24,000 bases of DNA from Mycoplasmopsis agassizii (GCF_002272945.1 NZ_NQMN01000001.1:507027-531026); one strand, 5' to 3'; shown: positions 1-9,950, counted from the first letter of the stretch. Notes: a model not told the origin generated them from the letters alone. Translations and numbers: made by a program.

Positions 1-630
1 TTAAAATCACTAATCTTTTTTAGATTAGGTCGCATTATGATGTTATTGGCTATCTTTGGTCCTTTTAAATTACTGATTAGAGTTTTTACCAAACAATGAA
101 AAACATTGCTTTATGTTTTTATTACGATAATTGCTTTAATCTTGATTTTTGCAGCTATTATTTTAAATGCCGAAAGAGTGGATAATAATAATTTAAAAAC
201 TTATTGAGATTCGGTTTATTTTGTCACTATTTCGATGGTGACAATCGGTTATGGTGATATTACACCTGTTACATCTTTAGGAAGAGCAATTGTTATTGTG
301 ATGTCAATTATTGGAATTGCTTTATTCGCTATCCCTAGTGGTATCATCGCTTCTTCATTTTTATTAAGTGTGGAGAAGAAAATAACTAAAACTAATTCAA
401 ATAAAGCAACATCTTTTATTCAAAGAAAACTCTTTCAATTTAAAAAGTTTTTCTTAACAGAAGAAAAACTTCATGAAATTGAACTCAAAGAAAAACAACT
501 TGAAAAAGAAGATAAAGTAGAAGTAAATTTTGAAGAAGAATCTTTAAAGTTACAAAGACAAATGATGGAGGAAATTAAATACTTAAGATCTAAAATAGAT
601 GATCTTGAAAATAATTCTAAAAATGTCTAA
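1..630 (+). CDS. Voltage-gated-type (6TM) potassium channel, 5' end outside window
   Basis: Frame 1 is open from base 1 once TGA (103-105, 205-207) is read as Trp. K+ selectivity filter TIGYGD at 241-258 within SVYFVTISMVTIGYGDITP. S4/S4-S5-like segment FRLGRIMMLLAIFGPFKLLIRVF, hydrophobic S5 and S6 helices, charged coiled-coil C-tail. Stop TAA 628-630. Confidence 0.85.
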
Positions 631-633
631 TTA

Positions 634-667
634 AAATCTGGAGCTAAAAAACTGCTCCAGATTTTTT
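634..667. terminator. Rho-independent terminator between convergent genes (likely bidirectional)
   Basis: 11-bp stem aaatctggagc (634-644) / gctccagattt (654-664), 9-nt loop, T-run 662-667 on + and an A-run on the other side. Lies between the K+ channel stop (630) and the minus-strand stop (689). Confidence 0.75.
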
Positions 668-688
668 GATTCAAAATAATTTCAAAAT

Positions 689-1294
689 TTATTGCGTTTG
701 TTCATAATTTTCTGAACTAGATGGTTGTTGTTGTGCCTGAGCACGTTTTCACTCAACAAATCTTCTATTTTTACGCTTATAGTAATAGTAAACAAGTGAA
801 AATCAAATCATTGTTATAACAATTGCTACTCCTAAATAAATTCCAAGGCGAATTAAATAATTGACATAATTAATATTAATAAAGGTTGCATAAACCTCTG
901 AATTTTCATTTACTAGTGCTTGTAAAAAAGTTCAATCACTATAATAAAGTTGAAATAAGAATTCAAGGTTAATAAAGAATGCTAAAATAGCAAAATAAGC
1001 TGCAAAAGTTCTTGAGACAATCGTATATGTTCTTCTAGGTAAAATATAAAAATAGAAGATCAGATAATAAAGCATCAAAATTACTAATGAAACTGTTAAG
1101 CCATAGATAAAAAACTGATTAATAATATAATTCTCGCTTGCCGTGTAACTTTTGATCTGCAAGACATTAAAAGGGTAAATCTCTTTAATATTGATAAACA
1201 CTACTTGTAAAATAAAATAAGTAATTGCTAGAACTGCTGTTACTACAACGAAGATATATGAGTTTCGTACTCACTTGTTAACTCTAATAGCCAT
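689..1294 (-). CDS. Small polytopic membrane protein, unknown function (201 aa)
   Basis: ATG (complement of 1292-1294) in frame with track ORF 932..1201. Reading TGA as Trp extends it to TAA at 689-691. Several long hydrophobic helices (e.g. YIFVVVTAVLAITYFILQVVF, LTVSLVILMLYYLIFYFYIL) and a polar Q-rich C-tail. No family recognised. Confidence 0.6.
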
Positions 1295-1333
1295 ATTCTC
1301 TTAATTATATTTTTATTTAGAAAAATTACACAG

Positions 1334-1373
1334 AAATAAAAAACTTTTTACAAAAATAAATTTGTAAAAAGTT
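1334..1373 (-). terminator. Rho-independent terminator of the helicase gene
   Basis: Perfect 13-bp stem aactttttacaaa (1342-1354) / tttgtaaaaagtt (1361-1373), 6-nt loop. On the minus strand it is followed by a U-rich run (plus-strand A-run 1334-1341). Starts 17 nt after the helicase stop codon. Confidence 0.75.
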
Positions 1374-1389
1374 CGTCATTAAAAGCAGT

Positions 1390-4300
1390 TTATTCGATTA
1401 GATCTTTTTCACCTGAAGAAAGAATTTCCTCTTCAGTAATTTTAACTTCATTTAACTTATGTAAGTTATCTGAAGTTACTTCAACTACCTTATGAGCAGT
1501 GTGGGTGAAATCTTCTTTTCAGCGATTTAGATTAACTAAAGGTGTAATAATTTCAACTGGATATTTTTTAGCTCTTAAAAAATTTATTTTGTCTTGGAAG
1601 ATAATATAGTCTTCATAAGTTGAACCAGGAAGAGCATAATCAAAATCATCAAACATAATCATTCTGTCTAATTTATCAGAAGCATTAAAAAGAGCTAAAT
1701 CAGCAGTTAATGTTCCTAGTGAAAAATTTAATTTAGTATTTAATTCAGGAAATCTTTGACCAAATTCATAAGCACTTTTTTTGATATGTTTTAAGTCTTT
1801 ATTTTCATCCATTGATGTTTGTAAATAATTTTTCTTTTCTTCAGAAGATAGTTCTAAGAATTTTAATCAGACTTTAAATAAAGAAACATCTTCATTATTT
1901 TGCACGTTATTTAAATCATCTGCTTTGATTGTTTTAACAACAATCATTTTTTCACGTGCCCTTGAAATGGCAACGTTTAAAGCGTTAGCTCCGCCAGGTC
2001 TACCAACATAAGTAGAATGTACTTTGCTAGTTGCATCATAAACTAAAGTTGCAATAATTAAATCAGCTTCATCACCTTGAATATTTTCAATATTTCTTAA
2101 TAGTAATTGATCATCATTTAATTTTTTCTCTAGCTGTGGATATGATGAAAAAATACGATTTGTAATTTCATTTAATTGTTTTGTGTTGAAAGCTAAAATG
2201 ATGATTTTCTCGTATTTCTCGTGGTTTTCGACAGCTAATTCAAGTACAGATTCAATTTCAACTGTATTAACTCCATCTTCTCATTGACCATTTACTTCTA
2301 AAACATCAATTGATTTTTTACCAATAACTTCAAAATCATCGATGACATCTAATTGTGATTTATAAAAATGTTTTGAACTAAAAGTCATTAAAGCAGCAGA
2401 GCGTGAACGATAGTTTTTATTTAATAAAATTGTATGCACTCCATAAGATAAAGCATAGTCTAATAATGAATCTACATTACCAAAAGCCGATTCATCATTA
2501 CTTCTTACAGAGAATCATCTTGTCGGTTTCATTTGCTTATCATCACCTGCTAAAATTTTAGTTTTAGCTAGATATAAAATAGGTAAACCTTTTTCAATAA
2601 AGATCTGTGAAGCTTCATCAACAATTGCATAATCAAATTCATCTTTTTCTCATCCTGATAAATCTGTATCAGGTGTTGTGATGATAATAGGGAACAATAA
2701 TTTAATAATTTCTAAGTGTTCTTTTATAAATTTATGGGGAACCATATTCCCTAATTTTGCTGCAGAAGAAAAGGCATGATATTTTTTATATAGATCTGAT
2801 TCATGATCTAAACTTTCAATTTTTGAAGCAATTTTTGCCGCAATCATATTTTCTAAAATGTCATCTGTGTAAGTAAATGAATCAATTTTTGTATTTAGAT
2901 TTTCAATTAAAATTAAATGCTCAAATCATTTAAAATCGTGAGATTTTACAAGGGGAATTAAGTAGTTTAAATCACCACTAAAATTTGGAAAATTCTCTTT
3001 TAAAAAACTTATTAAGTTATTTAATTTTTTTTGCTTTTCAGTTAAATTTAATTTAGATAAAAGAATATTTGAATGGTTTAATTTTAAAAATTCTTTTTCA
3101 AAATTATCATCAAATAATTTCATAGGGTATCTTTGATTTTCATCTAAAGCATTAATGTCACTTAATAATTTCAAATCAATTCTAGCTTGGTATTCTTTTA
3201 ATTTAGCAATTAAAAAGAATAATTCGTTATGCTTTTCATATTGCAATAATTCACGAAGCAATCTTACATATTCTTTAACATCATCACTCATGATTGCTGT
3301 TGGTTCATACTCTTGAGAACCATTAAAATTTTCTAAAAACTCTACGTATTCTTTAATAGGTTCATAAAAATGAGACTTTTTCATGTTTTTATCATTAAGA
3401 ATAAATAGTCCGAATTTACTTAGTTTTGCAATACGGTTTTTAATAACTTCTAGTGCTGCTTTTTTCTCACTAACTACCAAAGCAGTTTTTTCATAAGCTA
3501 AAATATTCGCCAAAATATTTACAATAGTTTGACTTTTTCCTGTGCCAGGAGGACCTCAAATAATTGTGTCCTGATTTAGTGCACTAACTACTGCTTTATC
3601 TTGTGAATAGTTAGTTGCAACAATTCTATAGAATCCAAAATTTCTCTTGAAAATTGAGTTAGTTACAATTTCACGATTGATATTTTTATTAAATTCAACT
3701 TTGAAAATATTATCAATATCATTTCTTTTAATGATCTCAACCATACGATTTCTAGCATAACCTCCAAGAGGTTGATATAGCCCTAAAATCATTCCGTTAT
3801 GGAAAGTAATTTTCTCACTTGTGTTATTTTCTGGTTTTTTAATTTCTGCTAGTAGGTCGATATTTACATTGTAAATATTTTGTCACACTGTTGAAACTTT
3901 ATTAATAAAAGCAGCAATTGAATCAGTTGCAAAAGGGAAATCAACTGATAAAGCAAATGATGAATTATTTAATAATCAAAGTAGTTTTTCATTAACTTTT
4001 AATTCACCATTTGATTTTAAAGTAGCAACTGAGTTAGCAATTTGAATAGTTACTTCTTTTAAAAATAACGGTGCAAAAATACTTTTTCCATCGATATTAA
4101 CACTAACAAATAGGAAACCAATATGCATTGGTCAAATGTTATTTTCACTATTAATTGATGTTGCTTCATTTAAGAATACTTTTCAATTAACAAGTGATTT
4201 TTGTGATTGTGATTCAACATTATCAATAATTTTTTCTAAGGTTTTTTTAAAGTCAACACTTAATTCTTTAAATTTATTTGATGAAATTTCTAAACTATGT

Positions 4301-4611
4301 TTTTTAGCAATTTCTAAAACTTCTTCAACAGTTGAAGCAAGTTTTAACTCTTCAATAATTTGTTGAAATTCATTAATATCTAAACGAATTGAAAAATTTT
4401 CATTATTGATAATTTTCAATAATGATTTTGCATCTAGTTTTTTACTTAGATCAAAATAAGTTTTGTCGTTAATAGTTGTTGTTATAGAAGGATCATTAGG
4501 ACTAATATCTAGTAAGTTATCTAAAATAATACGATAACGATCTAGTTTTTCCTTGGTTAAATTTTTAGTATTTAAAATTTCTAGTAGTTCATCTTTTTTA
4601 ATTATTTCCAT
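1390..4611 (-). CDS. Superfamily 1B helicase, Upf1/DNA2-like (AAA_11/AAA_12 type), with a long N-terminal domain and a possible C-terminal Vsr/DUF559-like endonuclease-fold domain (1073 aa)
   Basis: Track ORFs 4183..4611, 3556..3792, 2926..3513, 2650..2847 and 1519..1812 share one frame. I checked every codon across 1390-1521 and 1801-2655 and found only TGA, no TAA/TAG. The other junctions rest on the shared frame (TGA confirmed at 4183-4185). Walker A WGPPGTGKSQTIV (about 3533-3556), motif II IVDEASQI (about 2600-2630), AGDDKQMKP, NKNYRS, motif VI GGANALNVAISRAREKM (about 1940-1990). C-terminal 130 aa carry a D..(D/E)xD..QDK..L pattern (ADLALF / MFDDFDY / FQDKINFLRAKKYPVEII). First ATG after an in-frame TAA. 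Stop TAA 1390-1392. Confidence 0.85.
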
Positions 4612-4960
4612 TGTTTAATTCCTCATTTATTTTTTGTGCAATCACTCTTGCAGCGTTACCAATAATAATTGTAACTGCGTTGCTACTTTCTAATGTACCA
4701 GTTACATCTGGATATTTTTTAATTTTTTCTAGGTTAACAAGTTTTTTATCTTTTAAATAAAACTTGATTTTTGATAAAGATGCTTCAGCATTAATTAAAT
4801 TATCTTTACCACCTAGATTATCTAGTAGTCCCTGATATTCAAATGATGTTTTGACATTTACATCAAGTTGATAGGTGTTAGTTTCAAGTGCTTTTTTTCT
4901 TAATTTTCCAAAAGTTAGAAAATTTAAAATTCTGGCTAGGATCTTCGTGAATTTGTTCAT
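4598..4960 (-). CDS. Small PTS EIIB-domain-like protein lacking the phosphorylatable Cys (120 aa)
   Basis: Track ORF 4598..4981 starts on TTG; the first ATG is at 4960 (MNKFTKIL...). LLDNLGGKDNLINAEASLSKIKFYLKD...VTGT....VTIIIGNAARVIAQKI follows the glucose-family PTS_EIIB pattern (GGxxNI..xxhCxTRLRfxlkD...qviiG). Ser (codon 4778-4780) replaces Cys and Lys replaces both Arg. Its stop overlaps the helicase start by 14 nt. Confidence 0.6.
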   Translation of the reverse strand: MNKFTKILARILNFLTFGKLRKKALETNTYQLDVNVKTSFEYQGLLDNLGGKDNLINAEASLSKIKFYLKDKKLVNLEKIKKYPDVTGTLESSNAVTIIIGNAARVIAQKINEELNNGNN

Positions 4961-5050
4961 AAATTTATTATATAAAAGCAACGCATTTATTAATATAATT
5001 TTTCAATTTTAATATTTTGTTTTTTATCATTTTTACTAGCATAAATTTAT

Positions 5051-5073
5051 AAAAAAGATCCCATTTGGGATCT
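5051..5073 (-). terminator. Rho-independent terminator of the GDSL lipoprotein gene
   Basis: Stem agatccc (5056-5062) / gggatct (5067-5073), followed on the minus strand by a U-run (plus-strand A6 5051-5056). Sits 2 nt after stop TAA 5076-5078. Confidence 0.7.
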
Positions 5074-5075
5074 AA

Positions 5076-7930
5076 TTATTTTAGGTCTTTTCAATAACCT
5101 TTTACTAGTGATTCTTTTAAATCTTTAGCATACATAGGATACCATTTATCATAAATATAATAAGTTGCATAAAGGGGTGTCCCATCTTTTTTTCTTTTAC
5201 TTTCTTCACCCATAGAAAGTTCTTGCAATTTGTAAGATTCAGATTCTTCAGAACCACTTAATCAATTATTTATTAAAGGATAAGCTGTGTACCACGCAAA
5301 TACTGCCCCAAGGTATTTAGTTGCAAAAACATAGAAAGTTATTTCAAGTCTATAAATTGCTTTTTTGTAAACATCTTTTATTTTAGAATTACTTTCTTTA
5401 AAATATTCTCTAGCAAGTAAAATTGAAAATTCACTTATTACTTCTTTTAGTTTTTCAAACACATTTCAACCAAAACCAATCTTTGATTCTGAACTAGATG
5501 AAAAATTTTTTTCAAAAAGTTCTTTATATAAACTGCTTGTTTCTGTATCTGAGGTTTCAAAGAAAATATTGACTAAATTTGCAAACGAATGAATGTCAAA
5601 GCTATTATCTTCTTTAATTAAATTTAGATTAAATAACATTCCATCTAAATTAAATATTTTAGATTTAATTAAATCTGCAAAAGGAAGATTAGTAATTTGA
5701 TTTAAATTAGTTAGATCAATTTTTGATAAAACATCTTTTATCAAAACATCAAAAATATCTTTAGTTAAAAAGCCGTCAACTACATTTGCTAAACTATCTT
5801 TGAATAGTTTAAAATTAGCATCTTCAGGTTTAATTTTTAATCCGGCTTCTTCTATAACTTTTGCAGTAATTGATGTTTTAAATGAATCATCTTTTAAAAG
5901 AAGCCTAAACAACTTTTTTATTAAATCTATAAATTCTTGCTTATCTTTCAATCTAGAAATTAATTTAGATAAGAACTGATTTAATGATGTAAGCGAAACA
6001 TATTGATCACTATTTTCTAAAAAATCATTAACTGATAAATTTATTAAATCCAGTAGGTTTTGATTTTTTAAAATCCCTTTAAAAGTTGTTTCACTAATTT
6101 CTAATGGTAGTTTTAATTGTTCAACTAATTTGAATAATAATGTACCCATTTGATCATTTTCAAATGTTGATTTTAGAAAGTCAGAAACAACTTTTTTAAT
6201 TGCTTCTTTTTGTTGTTCTGTTTTAGTTTTTAATCCTGAAACTAAGGTATTAATAAAAGGTAAAATTGCATCATCTTTTGATAGCATTTTTACTAATTGA
6301 TCTTTCAGAATTGCAAGTGTAATTTTTTGTGTTCCTGCTATTCCATTTTGATCTAAATCATCGGTATTTACGGCGTTTTGTAAATTAAATAATAAATTTG
6401 TTATGACTTCAGAATTGATTAAAGAATCAACTATTCAGTCAAAATTTTGGTCATCATTTATGAAGTTTAAAATCGATGATAAATCAAGAGGAAAACCAAA
6501 AGATGCTGCTTGTGAAAACATAGTTTTAACAAGCATTTTTACTTCTGTTTTATTTGAGTTTACATATGAAGAAACAACATCTTTCATAGATGAATGTTTT
6601 ACATTTTTAAATTTAGTTTGTAGCTCATCTAATTTTAATAGAATATCTTTTTCATCTTTCCCATAAACTTTTTGAACTAATTCTCTATCAGAATATTTTT
6701 GATTAAAAAGATTTAATTTATTAAATTTATTTTCATCATTTGCAAAGTAAACTTTATCTCAATTTGGAATTAAACTAGACAATTCTTTTTGACTATTTTG
6801 TTTTAAAAATAATTTTAAAAATAAATCTTGAGCAATCTTTTTATAACCAATTGTACCAGGGTGAATATCAAAAATTGTTGGTGCAAAAGTATCACTATTT
6901 TTTGCTCAATCATCTTTATCATAAACATCTATATAGTTAATATTTTGATTATTAGTTCTTAATTTTTCAACTGCTTTTTTAATTGCATTATTTAAGAAAC
7001 CTAAAATTAAATCAGCAGGATCATCAAAGAAACTAATTTTAGTTTTTATAATTTCATTTAATGTATTAGTTAATCTTAGTAGTGGCATTGGATATGATAA
7101 AAATACAACTTGTGCATTTGGATTCATCTTTTTAATTAACTCACTTACTTTATTAATATCACTTTGAATTACTGAAGTAATTTTATTAATATCACCCATT
7201 AAACCAAAACCAACTTTTCCACTAAAGATCATTGGAAATAAATTTTTAAGTGCATTTAAATAATCATTTGCTCCTAAATTAATTGTAATTAAATTAGCTG
7301 ATTTAATTTTTTCATGTAGCTTATTTAAATCATTTTTACTAAATGATCCAAATTTTTCTTTTACAGAATCTTTAAAAGGATTATCTTCTTTAGAATCTAA
7401 AGAACGCAAAAAATTGAAGCTAGTTTGGTTAGATTGACTTTGATCATCAATATTTAAAAGGTATAATCAGTCTTTTAAAGTAGACCCTGTCAAGGCATAG
7501 TTATCATATGTTTCTAATTTTGTTTCATCAACTGATTTAACAAAATTAGCTAAGAAATCAATGTAACTTAGTCCTGTATTCTTAGAATCACCTGATAATT
7601 GATAACCATATTCACCGTTAAAACCTGCAGCAACTGAATCACCTAGAGCAAGTAAATTAAGTTTTTCTAACTTAATTCTTGAATCAGGAATTGTCAGTAG
7701 GTTATTATTAAGATTATCCTTACCAGCTGCTTTTTGCTCAGCTGCTTTTTGCTCAGCTGCTTTTTGCTCAGCTGCTTTTTGCTGGTCTGTATTATCTTGA
7801 TTTACTGGTGTAATTCAGTTGAGCCTGAATTATCTCCATTGACTGCACACGCAGTTGCGATTAATGCACTTGCTGATACTATTAAAGAACCTGAAAGTGC
7901 AATTAAAAGTCTTCGTCTTTTAATTTTCAT
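5076..7930 (-). pseudogene. GDSL/SGNH-hydrolase (lipase/esterase) lipoprotein with a ~595-aa helical C-terminal extension; signal peptide and body are in different frames as sequenced
   Basis: ATG at 7930 encodes MKIKRRRLLIALSGSLIVSASALIATAC (lipobox ATAC) and hits TAA at 7802-7804 after 42 codons. The body frame (shared by track ORFs 6906..7409, 5466..6287, 5262..5462) opens at 7829 with no ATG/GTG/TTG before the catalytic Ser. SGNH blocks are all intact: LLALGDSVAAG (GDS 7632-7640), LGANDY (7263-7274), FDIHPGT (D 6867-6869, H 6861-6863). Stop TAA 5076-5078. A 1-nt insertion anywhere in 7805-7829 would restore one ORF of about 951 aa, so this may instead be a sequencing error. Confidence 0.65.
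7725..7783 (-). repeat. 15-nt tandem repeat, 3.9 copies (agctgctttttgctc on +), encoding (QKAAE)n just after the lipobox
   Basis: Three perfect units at 7725-7739, 7740-7754 and 7755-7769, plus 14/15 of a fourth. Translates on the minus strand as QQKAAEQKAAEQKAAEQKAAG. Unit length is a multiple of 3. Confidence 0.9.
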
Positions 7931-8100
7931 ATTAATTTATTAAAACCTTTCTTAATTTTTTGGAAATCTCTTCTCTCAAATTTGGTGTTTAATTAAACAT
8001 AAAAATATTATCGAATTAATATTTTTTCCAAGATTTTTTTAAAAAATATTTAGGAAAAAATATTAAAAAAATATTTGTATTGCCACTATCTTATTATTAG

Positions 8101-8150
8101 TCAAAAAATTGGTTTTTTATCTAAAAATTAATCAAAAACCAATTTTTTGA
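8101..8150. repeat. Perfect 17-bp inverted repeat with a 16-nt spacer in the ADH / GDSL-lipoprotein intergenic region
   Basis: tcaaaaaattggttttt (8101-8117) is the exact reverse complement of aaaaaccaattttttga (8134-8150). Confidence 0.85.
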
Positions 8151-8315
8151 CATTTTTGATTTTTTTGTGAATAAAAAATAAAAAAATTGAAAAAAGTAAT
8201 TAATTTTTTTATCTTGGCTTTTAAAAATTTTCTTGATATTGCTTTGGTATCGCCCACAAAAAATTCTTATTTTACAAAATAAATGAGTTAGTAAAATATT
8301 TTGAATTTTTGAAGC

Positions 8316-8347
8316 AAAAATAAAATCACTCAAATAATTTTGAGTGA
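8316..8347 (-). terminator. Rho-independent terminator of the alcohol dehydrogenase gene
   Basis: 9-bp stem tcactcaaa (8326-8334) / tttgagtga (8339-8347), 4-nt loop, U-rich tail on the minus strand (plus-strand aaaaataaaa 8316-8325). Confidence 0.7.
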
Positions 8348-8425
8348 CTAAATTTAATTATTTATTAATTTCAATTTCTAAAATTGAATGTTTAGTTTGG
8401 TTCAGTTTAAGTTTAAGAGTTAAAG

Positions 8426-9520
8426 TTATCTTTCGATATCGTTTCTGATAATAACCTTCATGGCGTGATGTTTTTCAGCATTTTCAAAAATATCAAATGC
8501 TTCATTTGGTTGATCAATTTTGCTTAGTTTAAAATTACGGTGTTCAGGTTTTGATAATAATTCAGTTGAAATTTTGCCTGCTTTGATTTTACTTAATAAA
8601 TCAACTGTTGTGTTAGCACTTACTAGCCCTGTTGAAACAGTAATATTTTTAATTCATAAATTATTTAGGTTAAATGGCACTGGTTTACCATGTACTCCAA
8701 CAACTGAAATATGCCCACCAACTGCTATAGTAACTTGTGCTAGATCAAAGGTTGCAGGATAACCTACAGCTTCAATTGCTACATCAACTCCTTGACCATT
8801 AGTTAACATATAAATTTCTTCAGCAGCTTTAGAAGCATCACGGCTATTAACTACGTGAGTAGCACCTGATTTTTTAGAAAGTTCTAAGCGATCATCATTA
8901 ATGTCAGCAACTATGATCATTTTTGGATTAAAAGTTAACGCAGTTAATAAAGCAGCAGTTCCTACTGCACCTGCACCAACTATTAAAACTGAATCAGTTG
9001 GTTTAATATTTGCTTTTAAAACACCAATTTCATAACCTGTAGGTAAAATATCTGAAGTAAAAATCGCCTGATCAACAGCAATATCTTTATCTAGTTTAAT
9101 TAATGAATGATCAGCGAAAGGCACTCTAACATATTCAGCTAAAGTACCATCAATTTTGTAACCAAAGATTCAACCACCACCATTTGTACAGTGAGCTTGT
9201 AGATTTTTTTTACAATTATCACAAATTCCACAAGTGCTAACAGCTGAAACTATAACTCTGTCACCAACTTTAAGATCCTTAACATCAACTCCAACTTTAA
9301 CAATTGTTCCAACACCTTCATGACCTAAGGTTGTACCTTTATCCATGTAAGGTATTTTATCGTGCTTGATACCTAAATCAGTACCACAAATTGTGGTAGT
9401 TTCCATATGCACAATTGCATCTGAGTCTTTAATTAATTTGGGCGTATCTTTATCAATTAATTTAACTTCACCATTACCTTTCCAGACTAAAGCCTTCATT
9501 TTTTCGGGTAAATTTGACAT
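8426..9520 (-). CDS. Zn-dependent alcohol dehydrogenase (medium-chain dehydrogenase/reductase family), 364 aa
   Basis: Track ORFs 9170..9625 and 8654..9124 are in one frame, joined through TGA codons. GHEGVGTIVKVG catalytic-zinc motif, structural-zinc cluster CGICDNCKKNLQAHC, Rossmann LIVGAGAVG. Start taken at MSNLPEKMKALVW (ATG 9518-9520), preceded by AGGTTAGGA. Stop TAA 8426-8428. Confidence 0.9.
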
Positions 9521-9914
9521 AATATTCCTAACCTTTACTTTAAAAAAGTAAATTTCTATATATAAAAATCTTACAACTTTTACAAAAAAATTAAAAAATA
9601 ATTGAAAAAGTTTAATTTTTTTCATATCAAACTGAAAATTTTAAATTTATTTAAAAAATTACTTTTTTAGGTGTATAAGAGCATAAAAACAACTTTTTGA
9701 TTAATTTCAATATTGATTTAAGTTGCTTTTTCGAAAATTTTAACCATTTATTAACGTTAAAAATTTATATCTTCAAAATATTAAAATTATCTTCTTATTT
9801 AAAAAAACGATTTTTTGGATACTGAAAAAATCTTCTTAAAAAGAGTACTGTTGAATATTTGCTTTGTTAAAAAATATTAATAATTTATTTTTAAAGTCTA
9901 TTTTGGAAATTTAA

Positions 9915-9920
9915 TATAAT
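9915..9920 (+). promoter_or_regulatory. Candidate -10 box (TATAAT) for subtilase S8-1
   Basis: Perfect TATAAT 31 nt upstream of ATG 9951. GAGG RBS at 9942-9945. No convincing -35. Confidence 0.3.
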
Positions 9921-9950
9921 TATTGCATTAAAACTAAATTTGAGGTAAAC

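Noticed and set aside
4136-4366. Track ORFs antisense or out of frame to the genes called here: 4136..4366(+), 6403..6666(+), 8520..8762(+), 9366..9551(+), 9920..10165(-), 12068..12283(+), 14270..14470(+), 14671..14874(+), 16869..17102(-), 18554..18766(-), 19277..19492(-), 20193..20378(-), 20517..20726(-), 22514..22702(+).
   Set aside because: Each lies inside, or opposite, a longer ORF with clear motif support once TGA is read as Trp. Their translations are low-complexity (Leu/Phe/Ser/Ile-rich), have no RBS and show no recognisable motifs. 14270..14470 runs through the tRNA-Ile gene.
7725-7783. Possible CRISPR-like or other spaced-repeat array.
   Set aside because: The units are directly abutting 15-mers with no spacers and lie inside a coding region. 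No repeat-spacer architecture exists anywhere in the window.
7734-7943. Plus-strand ORF with the striking repeat LLSCFLLSCFLLSCFLL.
   Set aside because: It is the antisense reading of the 15-nt tandem repeat and the signal-peptide region of the minus-strand GDSL lipoprotein. The minus-strand reading gives a canonical lipoprotein signal and a (QKAAE)n linker.
8041-8076. Three direct copies of AAAAAATATT upstream of the GDSL lipoprotein gene.
   Set aside because: Low-complexity A/T sequence of this kind is expected by chance in an intergenic region this AT-rich, and the spacing is irregular (14 and 11 nt).
8121-8333. 70-aa minus-strand ORF in the ADH / GDSL intergenic region.
   Set aside because: It has Lys/Phe-rich low-complexity composition and no RBS, and it spans the ADH terminator and part of the 17-bp inverted repeat. 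It is most likely non-coding.
9521-9625. 35-codon N-terminal extension of the alcohol dehydrogenase ORF (MKKIKLFQLFFNFFVKVVRFLYIEIYFFKVKVRNI).
   Set aside because: It is AT-rich intergenic sequence that happens to be open. MDR dehydrogenases start close to the MKALVW strand, and the internal ATG 9518-9520 has a good AGGTTAGGA RBS.
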